A stretch of DNA of 64,000 nucleotides. Source: the human T2T-CHM13v2.0 reference genome, Homo sapiens. Below the pieces are notes generated by a model. It did not search any database. It was given only the letters and a program-made list of their open reading frames with translations, and was not told the origin of the DNA. The position numbers and the translations under genes are program-made. The DNA is taken from assembly GCF_009914755.1 (NCBI RefSeq), contig NC_060937.1; one strand, written 5' to 3'. This document shows, piece by piece, positions 47,000 to 62,600 of this stretch (its first letter is position 1; every line of letters begins with the position of its first letter).

Positions 47000-49200
47000 T
47001 TAAATACGAAAGTACCCCAAATATATATTATATACTCTAAATGAAATATCAAAGTTCACAAACTATATATTATATACTGTACATAAAATATCAAATTACC
47101 CAAGGTATATATTCTATACTGTACAAAAATATCAATGTACCCAAAGCGTGTATTATGTACTGTATATAAAATATGAAAGTACATCAAATATATATTTTAT
47201 TCTGTACATAAAATATCAAAGTACACTAGATATATATTTTATAGTGTACATAAAATATCAAATTACCGAAACTATACATTATATTGTGTACATAAAAAAT
47301 GAAATTACATCAAATATATATTATATTAGGTACGTAAAATATGAAAGTACATCAAATATAGATTATATACTGTATATAAAATATAAAAGAACCCCAAATA
47401 TATATTATATACTGTACATGAAATATCAAAGATCACAAACTATATATTATATACTGTACATAAAATATGAATATACCCAAGGTATATATTCTATACTGTA
47501 CAAAAAATATCAAAGTACCCAAAGCATGTATTATATACTGTACATAAAATATGTCACTACATCAAATATATATTTAATTCTGTACATAAAATAACAAAGT
47601 ACACCAGATATATATTTTATAGTGTATATAAAATATCAAAATAGCCAAAGTATACATTATAAACTGTACATAAAATCTGAAAGTACATCAAATATAGATA
47701 ATTAACTGTACATAAAATATCAAAGTACCCCAAATATATATTATATACTGTACATGAGATATCAAACTTCACAAACTATATATTATATACTGTAGATAAA
47801 ATATCAAAGTACCCAAGGTATATATTCTATACTGTACAAAAAATATCAAAGTACCCAAAATATGTATTATATACTGTATATAAAATATGAAAGTACATCA
47901 AATATAAATTTTATTCTGTACATAAAATATCAAAGTACACCAGATATATATTTTATAGTGTACATAAAATATCAAAGACCCAAACTATACATTATATACT
48001 GTACATAAAATATGAAATTACATCAAATATATATTATATTAGGTACATAAAATATGAAAGTACATAAAATATAGATGATATACTGTACATAAAATATCAA
48101 AGTAGCCCAAAGATATATTATACAGTGTACATGAAATATCAAAATTTACAAAATATATATTATATAATGTACATAAAATATCAAAGTACCCAAAGCAAGT
48201 ATTATATACTGTACATAAAAGATGAAAGTACATCAAATATATATTTTATTCTGTACGTAAAATATCAAAGTACACCAGATATATATTTTATAGTGTACAT
48301 AAAATATCAAGGTACCCAAATTATACATTATATACTGTACATAAAATATGAAAGTACATCAAATATATATTATATTAGTTACCTAAAATATGAAAGTACA
48401 TCAAATATAGATTATTAACTATACATAAAATATCAAAGTACCCCAAATATATATTATATACTGTACATGAAATATCAAATTTCACAAACTATATATTATA
48501 TACTGTACATAAAATATCAAAGTACCCAAGGTATATAATCTATACTGTACAAAAAATATCAAAGTACCCAAAGCATGTATTATATACTGTACATAAAATA
48601 TGAAAGTACATCAAATATATATTTTATTCTGTACATAAAATATCAAAGTACACCAGATATATATTCTATAGTGTACATAAAATATCAAAGTACCCAAACT
48701 CTACATTACATACTGTACATAAAATATGAAATTACATCAAATATGTATTATTTTAGGAACATAAAATATGAAAGTACATCAAATATAGATTATTAACTGT
48801 ACATAGAATATCAAAGAACCCCAAATATATATTATATACTGTACATGAGATATCAAACTTCACAAACTATATATTATATACTGTACATAAAATATCAAAC
48901 TACCCAAGGTATATATTCTATACTGTACAAAAAATATCAAAATACCCAAAGCATGTATTATATACTGTACATAAAATATGAAAGTACATCAAATATATAT
49001 TTTATTCTGTACATAAAATATCAAAGTACACCAGATATATATTTTATAGTGTACATAAAATATCAAAGTACCCAAACTATACATTATATACTGTACATAA
49101 AATATGAAATCACATCAAATATATATTATATTAGGTACATAAAATATGAAAGTACTTCTAGTATAGATTATTTACTGTACATCAAATATCAAAGTACCCC
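47000..49200 (+). repeat. Diverged HSat1A island containing two 8-monomer (336-bp) HORs
   Basis: Visibly higher substitution density. M2 spacings 47418 to 47754 and 48131 to 48467 are 336 bp. Local variants include TATTTTATAG and TTAACT. Confidence 0.85.
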
Positions 49201-52200
49201 AAATATATATTATATACTGTACATGAAATATCAAAGTTCACAAACTATATATTATATACGGTACATAAAATATCAAAGTACCCAAGGTATATATTCTATA
49301 CTGTACAAAAAATATCAAAGTACCCAAAGCATGTATTATATACTGTACATAAAATATGAAAGTACATCAAATATATATTTTATTCTGTACATAAAATATC
49401 AAAGTACACCAGATATATATTCTATAGTGTACATAAAATATCAAAGTACCCAAACTATACATTATATACTGTACATAAAATATGAAATTACATCAAATAT
49501 ATATTAGGTACATAAAATATGAAAGTACATCAAATATAGATTATATACTGTACATAAAATATCAAAGAACCCAAATATATATCATATACTGTACATGAAA
49601 TATCAAAGTTCACAAACTATATATTATATACTGTACATAAAATATCAAAGTACCCAAGGTATATATTCTATACTGCACAAAAAATATCAAAGTATCCAAA
49701 GCATGTATTATATACTGTATATAAAATATGAAATTACATCAAATATATATTTTATTCTGTACATAAAATATCAAAGTACACCAGATATATATTCTATAGT
49801 GTACATAAAATAACAAAGTACACAAAGTATAAATTATATACTGTACATAAAATATGAAATTACATCAAATATATATTAGGTACATAAAATATGAAAGTAC
49901 ATCAAATATAGATTATATACTGTACATATAATATCAAAGTACCCCAAATATATATTTTGTACTCTACATGGAATATCAAAGTTCACAAACCATATATTAT
50001 ATACTGTACATAAAATATCAAGGTACCCAAGGTATATATTCTATACTGTACAAAAAATATCAAAGTACCCAAAGCATGTATTATATACTGTACATAAAAT
50101 ATGAAAGTACATCAAATATATATTTTATTCTGTTCGTAAAATATCAAAGTACACCAGATATATATTCTATAGTGTACATAAAATATCAAAGTACCCAAAC
50201 TATACATTATATACTGTACATAAAATATGAAATTACATCAAATATATATTAGGTACATAAAATATGAAAGTACATCAAATATAGATTATATACTCTACAT
50301 AAAATATCAATGTACCCCAAATATATATTTTATACTCTACATGAAATATCAAAGTTCACAAACCATATATTATATACTGTCCATAAAATATCAAAGTACC
50401 CAAGGTATATATTCTATACTATACAAAAAATATCAAGGTACCCAAAGCATGTATTATATACTATACCTAAAATATGAAAGTACATCAAATATATATTTTA
50501 TTCTGTACATAAAATAAGAAAGTACACCAGATATATATTCTATAGTGTACATAAAATAACAAACTACACAAACTATAAATTATATACTGTACATAAAATA
50601 TGAAATTACATCAAATATATATTAGGTACATAAAATATGAAAGTACATCAAATATAGATTATATACTGTACATATAATATCAATGTAACCCAAATATATA
50701 TTTTATTCTCTACATGAAATATCAAAGTTCACAAACCATATATTATATACTGTACATAAAATATCAAAGTACCCAAGGTATATATTCTATACTGTACAAA
50801 AAATATCAAAGTACCCAAAGCATGTATTATATACTGTACATAAAATATGAAAGTACATCAAATATATATTTTATTCTGTACATAAAATATCAAAGTACAC
50901 CAGATATATATTCTATAGTGTACATAAAATATCAAAGTACCCAAACTATGCATTATATACTGTACATAAAATATGAAATTACATCAAATATATATTAGGT
51001 ACATAAAATATGAAAGTACATCAAATATAGATTATATACTGTACATAAAATATCAAAGTACCCCAAATATATATTATATACTGTATATGAAATATCAAAA
51101 TTCACAAACTATATATTATATACTGTATATAAAATATCAAAGTACCCAAGGTATATATTCTATACTGTACAAAAAATATCAAAGTACCCAAAGCATGTAT
51201 TATATACTGTACATAAAATATGAAAGTACATCAAATATATATTTAATTCTGTACATAAAATATCAAAGTACACCAGATATATATTCTATAGTGTACATAA
51301 AATATCAAAGTACCCATACTATACATTATATACTGTACATAAAATATGAAATTACATCAAATATATATTATATTAGGTACATAAAATATGAAAGTACATC
51401 AAATATAGATTATATACAGTACATTAAATACCAAAGTACCCCAAATATATATTTTATACTGTACATGAAATATCAAAGTTCACAAACTATATATTATATA
51501 CTGTACATATAATATCAAAGTACCCAAGGTATATATTCTATAATGTACAAAAAATAACAAAGTACCAAAAGCATGTATTATATACTGTACCTGAAATATG
51601 AAAGTACATCAAATATATATTTTATTCTGTACATAATATATCAAAGTACACCAGATATATATTCTATAGTGTACATAAAATATCAAAGTACCCAAACTAT
51701 ACATTATATACTGTACATAAAATATGAAATTACATCAAATATATATTAGGTACATAAAATATGAAAGTACATCAAATATAGATTATATACTGTACATAAA
51801 ATATCAAGGTACCCCAAATATATATTATATACTGTACATGAAATATCAAAGTTCACAAACTCTATATTATATACTGTACATAAAATATCAAAGTACCCAA
51901 GGTATATATTCTATACTGTACAAAAAATATCAAAGTACCCAAAGCATGTATTATATACTGTATATAAAATATGAAAGTACATCAAATATATATTTAATTC
52001 TGTAGATAAAATATCAAAGTACACCAGATATATATTCTATAGTGTACATAAAATAACAAAGTACAAAAACTATAAATTATATACTGTACATAAAATATGA
52101 AATTACATCAAATACATATTAGGTACATTAAATATGAAATTACATCAAATATAGATTATATACTGTACATAAAATATCAATGTACCCCAAATATATATTT

Positions 52201-55200
52201 TATACTCTACATGAAATATCAAAGTTCACAAACCATATCTTATATACTGTACATAAGATATCAAAGTACCCAAGGTATATATTCTATACTGTACAAAAAA
52301 TATCAAAGTACCGAAAGCATGTATTATATACTGTACATAAAATATGAAAGTACATCAAATATATATTTTATTCTGTACATAAAATATCAAAGTACACCAG
52401 ATATATATTCTATAGAGTACATAAAATAACAAAGTACAAAAACTATAAATTATATACTGTACATAAAATATGAAATTACATCAAACATATATTAGGTACA
52501 TAAAATATGAAAGTACATCAAATATAGATGATATACTGTACATAAAATATCAAAGTACCCCAAATATATATTATATACTGTATATGAAATATCAAAGTTC
52601 ACAAACTATATATTATATACTGTATATAAAATATCAAAGTACCCAAGGTATATATTCTATACTGTACAAAAAATATCAAAGTACCCGTAGCATGTATTAT
52701 ATACTGTACATAAAATATGAAAGAACATCAACTATATATTTTATTCTGTACATAAAATATCAAAGTACACCAGATATATATTCTATAGAGTACATAAAAT
52801 ATCAAAGTACCCAAACTATACATTATATACTGTACATAAAATATGAAATTACATCAAATATATATTATATTAGGTACATAAAATATGAAAGTACATCAAA
52901 TATAGATTATATAGTGTACATTAAATACCAAAGTACCCCAAATATATATCTTATACTGTACATGAAATATCAAAGTTCACACACTATATATTATATACTG
53001 TACATAAAATATCAAAGTACCCAAGGTATATATTCTATACTGTACAAAAAATATCAAAGTACCCAAAGCATTTATTACAAACTGTACATAAAATATGAAA
53101 GTACATCAAATATATATTTTATTCTATACATAAAATATCAAAGTACACCAGATATATATTCTATAGTGTACATAAAATACCAAATACCCAAACTATACAT
53201 TATATACTGTACATAAAATATGAAATTACATCAAATATATATTATATTAGGTACATAAAATATGAAAGTACATCAAATATAGATTATATACTGTACATAA
53301 AATATCAAAGTACCCCAAATATATATTATATACTCTACATGAAATATCAAAGTTCACAAACTATATATTATATACTGCACATAAAATATCAAAGTACCCA
53401 AGGTATATATTCTATACTGCACAAAAAAATCAAAGTACCCAAAGCATGTATTATATACTGTATATAAAATATGAAAGTACATCAAATATATATTTTATTC
53501 TCTACATAATATATGAAAGTACACCAGATATATATTCTATAGTGTACATAAAATAACAAAGTACACAAACTATAAATTATATACTGTTCATAAAATATGA
53601 AATTACATCAAATATATATTAGGTACATAAAATATGAAAGTACATCAAATATAGATTATACACTGTACATAAAATATCAATGTACCCCAAATATATATTT
53701 TATACTCTACATGAAATATCAAAGTTCACAAACCATATATTATATACTGTCCAGAAAATATCAAAGTACCCAAGGTATATATTCTATACTATACAAAAAA
53801 TATCAAAGTACGCAAAGCATGTATTATATACTGTACCTAAAATATGAAAGTATATCAAATATATATTTTATTCTGTACATAAAATATCAAAGTACACCAG
53901 ATATATATTCTATAGTGTACATAAAATATCAAAGTACCCAAACTATACATTATATACTGTACATAAAATATGAGATTACATCAAATATATATTATATTAG
54001 GTACATAAAATATGAAAGTACATCAAATATAGATTATATACTGTACATAAAATATCAAAGTACCCCAAATATATATTATATACTCTACAGGAAATATCAA
54101 AGTTCACACACTATATATTATATACTGTACATAAAATATCAAAGTACCCAAGGTATATATTCTATACTGTACAAAAGATATCAAAGTACCCAAAGCATGT
54201 ATTATATACTGTACATAAAATATGAAAGTACTTCAAATATATATTTTATTCTGTACATAAAATATCAAAGTACACTAGATATATATTCTATAGTGTACAT
54301 AAAATATCAAAGTACCCAAACTATTTCTTATATACTCTACATAAAATATGAAATTACATCAAATATATATTATATTAGGTACATAAAATATGAAAGTACA
54401 TCAAATATAGATTATATGATGTACATTATATACCAAAGTACCCCAAATATATATTTTATACTGTACATGAAATATCAAGGTTCACAAACTATATATTATA
54501 TACTGTACGTAAAATATCAAAGTACCCAAGGTACATATTCTATACTGTACAAAAAATATCAAAGTACCCAAAGCACGTATTATATACTGTACATAAAACA
54601 TGAAAGTACATCAAATATATATTTTTTTCTGTACATAAAATATCAAAGTACACCAGATATATATTCAATAGTGTACCTAAAATAACAAAGTACAAAAACT
54701 ATAAATTATATACTGTACATAAAATATGAAATTACACCAAATATATATTAGGTACATAAAATATGAAAGTACATCAAATATAGATTATATACTGTACAAA
54801 AAATATCAAAGTACCCCAAATATATATTATATACTGTACATGAAATATCAAAGTTCACAAACTATATATTATATACTGTACATAAAATATCAACGTACCC
54901 AAGGTATATATTCTATACTGTACAAAAGATATCAAAGTACCCAAAGCATGTATTATATACTGTACATAAAATATGAAAGTACATCAAATATATATTTTAT
55001 TCTGTACATAAAATATCAAAGTACACCAGATATATTTTCTATAGTGTACATAAAATATCAAAGTACCCAAACTATTTCTTATATACTCTACATAAAATAT
55101 GAAATTACATCAAATATATATTATATTAGGTACATAAAATATGAAAGTACATCAAATATAGATTATATGCTGTACATTAAATACCAAAGTACCCCAAATA

Positions 55201-58059
55201 TATATTTTATACTGTACATGAAATATCAAGGTTCACAAACTATATATTATATACTGTACATAAAATATCAAAGTACCCAAGGTATATATTCTATACTGTA
55301 CAAAAAATATCAAAGTACCCAAAGCATGTATTATATACTGTACCTAAAATATGAAAGTACATCAAATATATATTTTATTTTGTACAGAAAATATCAAAGT
55401 ACACCAGATATATATTCTATAGTGTACATAAAATATCAAAGTACCCAAACTATACATTATATACTGTACATAAAATATGAGATTACATCAAATATATATT
55501 ATATTAGGTACATAAAATATGAAAGTACATCAAATATAGATTATATACTGTACATAAAATATCAAAGTACCCCAAATATATATTATATACTCTACAGGAA
55601 ATATCAAAGTTCACACACTATATATTATATACTGTACATAAAATATCAAAGTACCCAAGGTATATATTCTATACTGTACAAAAAATATCAAAGTACCCAA
55701 AGCATGTATTATATTCTGTATATAAAATATGAAAGTACATCAAATATATATTTTATTCTGTACATAAAATATCAAATTACACCAGATATATATTCTATAG
55801 TGTACATAAAATAACAAAGTACACAAACTATAAATTATATACTGTACATAAAATATGAAATTACATCAAATATATATTAGGTACATAAAATATGAAAGTA
55901 CATCAAATATAGATTATATACTGTACATAAAATATCAATGTACCCCAAATATATATTTTATACTCTACATGAAATATCAAAGTTCACAAACCATATATTA
56001 TATACTGTACATAAAATATCAAAGTACCCAAGGTATATATTCTATACTGCAAAAAAAATATCAAAGTACCCAAAGCATGTATTATATACTGTATATAAAA
56101 TATGAAAGTACATCAAATATATATTTTATTCTGTACATAAAATATCAAAGTACACCAGATATATATTCTATAGAGTACATAAAATATCAAAGTACCCAAA
56201 CTATACATTATATACTGTACATAAAATATGAAATTACATCAAATATATATTATATTAGGTACATAAAATATGAAAGTACATCAAATATAGATTACATACT
56301 GTACATTAAATACCAAAGTACCCCAAATATATATTTTATACTGTACATGAAATATCAAAGTTCACACACTATATATTATATACTGTACATAAAATATCAA
56401 AGTAACCAAGGTATATATTCTATACTGTACAAAAAATATCAAAGTACCCAAAGCATGTATTTTATACTGTTCATAAAATAGGAAAGTACATCAAATATAT
56501 ATTTTATTCTGTACATAAAATATCAAAGTACACCAGATATATATTCTATAGAGTGCATAAAATATCAAAGTACCCAAACTATACATTATATACTGTACAT
56601 AAAATATGAAATTACATCAAATATATATTATATTAGGTACATAAAATATGAAAGTACATCAAATATAGATTATATACTGTACATAATATATCAAAGTAAC
56701 CCAAATATATATTATATACTCTACATGAAATATCAAAGTTCACAAACAATATATTATATACTGTACATAAAATATCAAAGTACCCAAGGTATATATTCTA
56801 TACTGTACAAAAGATATCAAAGCACCCAAATCATGTATTATATACTGTACATAAAATATGAAAGTACATCAAATATATATTTTATTCTGTACATAAAATA
56901 TCAAAGTACACCAGATATATATTCTATAGTGTACATAAAATAACAAAGTACACAAACTATACATTATATACTGTACATAAAATATGAAATTACATCAAAT
57001 ATATATTAGGTACATAAAATATGAAAGTACATCAAATATAGATTATATACTGTACATAAAATATCAAAGTACCCCAAATATATATTATATACTCTACAGG
57101 AAATATCAAAGTTCACACACTATATATTATATACTGTACATAAAATATCAAAGTACCCAAGGTATATATTCTATACTGTACCAAAAATATCAAAGTACCC
57201 AAAGCATGTATTATGTACTGTATATAAAATATGAAAGTACATTAAATATATATTTTATTCTGTACATAAAATATCAAAGTACACCAGATATATATTCTAT
57301 AGTGTACATAAAATAACAAAGTACACAAACTATAAATTATATACTGTACATAAAATATGAAATTACATCAAATATATATTAGGTACATAAAATATGAAAG
57401 TACTTCAAATATAGATTATATACTGTACGTATAATATCAATGTACCCCAAATATATATTTTATACTCTACATCAAATATCAAAGTTCACAAACCATACAT
57501 TATATACTGTACATAAAATATCAAAGTACCCAAGGTATATATTCTATACTGTACAAAAAATATCAAAGTACCCAAAGCATGTATTATATACTGTACATAA
57601 AGTATGAAAGTACATGATATATATATTTTATTCTGTACATAAAATATCAAAGTACACCAGATATATATTCTATAGAGTACATAAAATAACAAAGTACAAA
57701 AACTATAAATTATATACTGTACATAAAATATGAAATTACATCAAACATATATTAGGTACATAAAATATGAAAGTACATCAAATATAGATTATATACTGTA
57801 CATAAAATATCAAAGTACCCCAAATATATATTATATACTGTATATGAAATATCAAAGTTCACAAACTATATATTATATACTGTATATAAAATATCAAAGT
57901 ACCCAAGGTATATATTCTATACTGTACAAAAAATATCAAAGTACCCATAGCATGTATTATATACTGTACATAAAATATGAAAGTACATCAACTATATATT
58001 TTATTCTGTACATAAAATATCAAAGTACACCAGATATATATTCTATAGAGTACATAAAA

Positions 58060-59640
58060 TAACAAAGTACAAAAAGTATAAATTATATACTGTACATAAA
58101 ATATGAAATTACATCAAATATATATTAGGTACATAAAATATGCAAGTACATCAAATATAGATTATATACTGTACATAAAATATCAATGTACCCCAAATAT
58201 ATATTATATACTCTACATGAAATATCAAAGTTCACAAACCATATATTATATACTGTACATAAAATAAAGTACCCAAGGTATATATTCTATACTGTAGAAA
58301 AAATATCAAAGGACCCAAAGCATGTATTATATACTGTATATAAAATATGAAAGTACATCAAATATATATATTTTATTCTGTACATAAAATATCAAAGTAC
58401 ACCAGATATATATTCTATAGTGTACATAAAATAACAAAGTACAAAAACTATAAATTATATACTGTACATAAAATATGAAATTACATCAAATATATATTAG
58501 GTACTTAAAATATGAAAGTACATCAAATATAGATTATATACTGTACATAAAATATCAATGTACCCCAAATATATATTTTATACTCTACATGAAATATCAA
58601 AGTTCACAAACCATATATTATATACTGTACATAAAATAAAGTACCCAAGGTATATATTCTATACTGTAGAAAAAATATCAAAGGACCCAAAGCATGTATT
58701 ATATACTGTATATAAAATATGAAAGTACATCAAATATATATTTTATTCTGTACATAAAATATCAAAGTACACCAGATATATATTCTATAGTGTACATAAA
58801 ATAACAAAGTACACAAACTATAAATTATATACTGTACATAAAATATGAAATTACATCAAATATATATTAGGTACATAAAATATGAAAGTACATGAAATAT
58901 AGATTATATACTGTACATAAAATATCAATGTACCCCAAATATATATTTTATAATCTACATGAAATATCAAAGTTCACAAACCATATATTATATACTGTAC
59001 ATAAAATAAAGTACCCAAGGTATATATTCTATACTGTAGAAAAAATATCAAAGGACCCAAAGCATGTATTATATACTGTATATAAAATATGAAAGTACAT
59101 CAAATATATATTTTATTCTGTACATAAAATATCAAAGTACACCAGATATATATTCTATAGTGTACATAAAATAACAAAGTACAAAAAGTATAAATTATAT
59201 ACTGTACATAAAATATGAAATTACATCAAATATATATTAGGTACATAAAATATGCAAGTACATCAAATATAGATTATATACTGTACATAAAATATCAATG
59301 TACCCCAAATATATATTATATACTCTACATGAAATATCAAAGTTCACAAACCATATATTATATACTGTACATAAAATAAAGTACCCAAGGTATATATTCT
59401 ATACTGTAGAAAAAATATCAAAGGACCCAAAGCATGTATTATATACTGTATATAAAATATGAAAGTACATCAAATATATATTTTATTCTGTACATAAAAT
59501 ATCAAAGTACACCAGATATACATTCTATAGTGTACATAAAATAACAAAGTACAAAAACTATAAATTATATACTGTACATAAAATATGAAATTACATCAAA
59601 TATATATTAGGTACTTAAAATATGAAAGTACATCAAATAT
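58060..59640 (+). repeat. Local mini-array of four 370-bp HOR variants
   Basis: GGACCC marker at 58311, 58683, 59053 and 59423 (spacings 372, 370, 370). Each unit has the 3-bp M3 deletion, the 5-bp M8 deletion and CTGTAGAAA. Confidence 0.93.
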
Positions 59641-62600
59641 AGATTATATACTGTACATAAAATATCAATGTACCCCAAATATATATTTTATACTCTACAT
59701 GAAATATCAAAGATAACAAACCATATATTTTATACTGTATATAAAATATCAAAGTACCCATGGTATATATTCTATTCTATACAAAAAATATCAAAGTACC
59801 CAAAGCATGTATTATATACTGTACCTAAAATATGAAAGTACATGAAATATATATTTTATTCTGTACATAAAATATCAAAGTACACCAGATATATATTCTA
59901 TAGTGTACATAAAATATCAAAGTACCCAAACTATACATTATATACGGTACATAAAATATGAAATTACATCAAATATATTTTATATTAGGTACATAAAATA
60001 TGAAAGCACATCAAATATAGATTATATACTGTACATTAAATTCCAAAGTACCCCAAATATATATTTTATACTGTACATGAAATATCAAAGTTCACAAACT
60101 ATATATTATATACTGTACATATAATATCAAAGTACCCAAGGTATATATTCTATACTGTACAAAAAATAACAAAGTACCAAAACCATGTATTATATACTGT
60201 ACCTAAAATATGAAAGTACATCAAATATATATTTTATTCTGTACATAAAATATCAAAGTACACCAGATATATATTCTATAGTGTACATAAAATATCAAAG
60301 TACCCAAACTATACATTATATACTGTACATAAAATATGAAATTACATCAAATATATATTATATTAGGTACATAAAATATGAAAGTACATCAAATATAGAT
60401 TATATACTGTACATTAAATACCAAATACCTCAAATATATATTTTATACTGTACATGAAATATCAAAGTTCACAAACTATATATTATATACTGTACATAAA
60501 TTATCAAAGTACCCAAGGTATATATTCTATACTGTACAAAAAATATCAAAGTACCCAAAGCATGTATTATATACTGTACATAAAATATGAAAGTACATCA
60601 AATATATATTTTATTCTGTACATAATATATCACAGTACACCAGATATATATTCTATAGTGTACATAAAATAACAAAGTACACAAACTATACATTATATAC
60701 TGTACATAAAATATGAAATTACATCAAATATATATTAGGTACATAAAATATGAAAGTACATCAAATATAGATTATATACTGTACATAAAATATCAATGTA
60801 CCCCAAATATATATTTTATACTATACATGAAATATCAAAGTTCACAAACCATATATTGTATACTATACATAAAATATCAAAGTACCCAAAGTATATGTTC
60901 AATACTGTACAAAAAATATCAAAGTACCGAAAGCATGTATTATATACTGTACATAAAATATGAAAGTACATCAAATATATATTTTATTCCGTACATAAAA
61001 TATCAAAGTACACCAGATATATATTCTATAGTGTACATAAAATATCAAAGTACACAAACTATACATTACATACTGTACATAAAATATGAAATTACATCAA
61101 ATATATATTATATAAGGTACATAAAATATGAAAGTACATCAAATATAGATTATATACTGTACATTAAATACCAAAGTACCCCAAATCTATATTTTATACT
61201 GTACATGAAATATCAAAGTTCACAAACTATATATTATATACTGTACATAAAATATCAAAGTACCCAAGGTATATATTCTATACTGCACAAAAAATATCAA
61301 AGTACCCAAAGCATGTATTATATACAGTACATAAAATATGAAAGTACATCAAATATATATTTTATTCTGCACATAAAATATCAAAGTACACCAGATATAT
61401 ATTCTATAGTGTACATAAAATATCAAAGTACCCAAACTATACATTATATACTGTACATAAAATATGAAATTACATCAAATATATATTAGGTACATAAAAT
61501 ATGAAAGTACATCAAATATAGATTATATACTGTACATAAAATATCAATGTACCCAAAATATATATTTTATACTCTACATGAAATACCAAAGTTCACAAAC
61601 CATACATTATATACTGTACATAAAATATCAAAGTACCCAAGGTATATATTCTATACTGTACAAAAAATATCAAAGTACCCAAAGCATGTATTATATACTG
61701 TACATAAAATATGAAAGTACATCAAATATATATTTTATTCTGTACATAAAATATCAAAGTACACCAGATATATATTCTATAGAGTACATAAAATATCAAA
61801 GTACCCAAACTATACATTATATAATGTACATAAAATATGAAATTACATCAAATATATATTAGGTACATAAAATATGAAAGTACATCAAATATAGATTATA
61901 TACTGTACATAAAATATCAAAGTACCCCAAATATATATTATATACTCTACATGAAATATCAAAGTTCACAAACTATATATTATATACTGTACATAAAATA
62001 TCAAAGTACCCAAGGTATATATTCTATAATGTACAAAGAATATCAAAGTACCCAAAGCGTGTATTATATACTGTATATAAAATATGAAATTACATCAAAT
62101 ATATATTTAATTCTGTACATAAAATATCAAAGTACACCAGATATATATTCTATAGTGTACATAAAATATCAAAGTACCCAAACTATACATTATATACTGT
62201 ACATAAAATATGAAATTACATCAAATATATATTATATTAGGTACATAAAATATGAAAGTACATCAAATATAGATTATATACTGTACATTAAATACCAAAG
62301 TACCCCAAATATATATTTTATACTGTACATGAAATATCAAAGTTCACAAACTGTACATTATATACTGTACATAAAATATCAAAGTACCCAAGGTATATAT
62401 TCTATACTGTACAAAAAATATCAAAGTACCCAAAGCATGTATTATATACTGTACCTAAAATATGAAAGTACATCAAATATATATTTTATTCTGTACATAA
62501 AATATCAAAGTACACCAGATATATATTCTATAGTGTACATAAAATATCAAAGTACCCAAACTATACATTATATACTGTACATAAAATATGAAATTACATC

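Noticed and set aside
9833-57692. Short - strand ORFs (62-74 aa)
   Set aside because: These are antisense readings of the same satellite, opened by chance loss of a stop codon.
6955-60430. Isolated 1-bp indels (e.g. ~6965/11478, ~7240, ~13083, ~47125, ~49570, ~53180, ~53428, ~60425)
   Set aside because: Mostly in short homopolymers, so ordinary slippage or sequencing error. Useful only as duplication markers.
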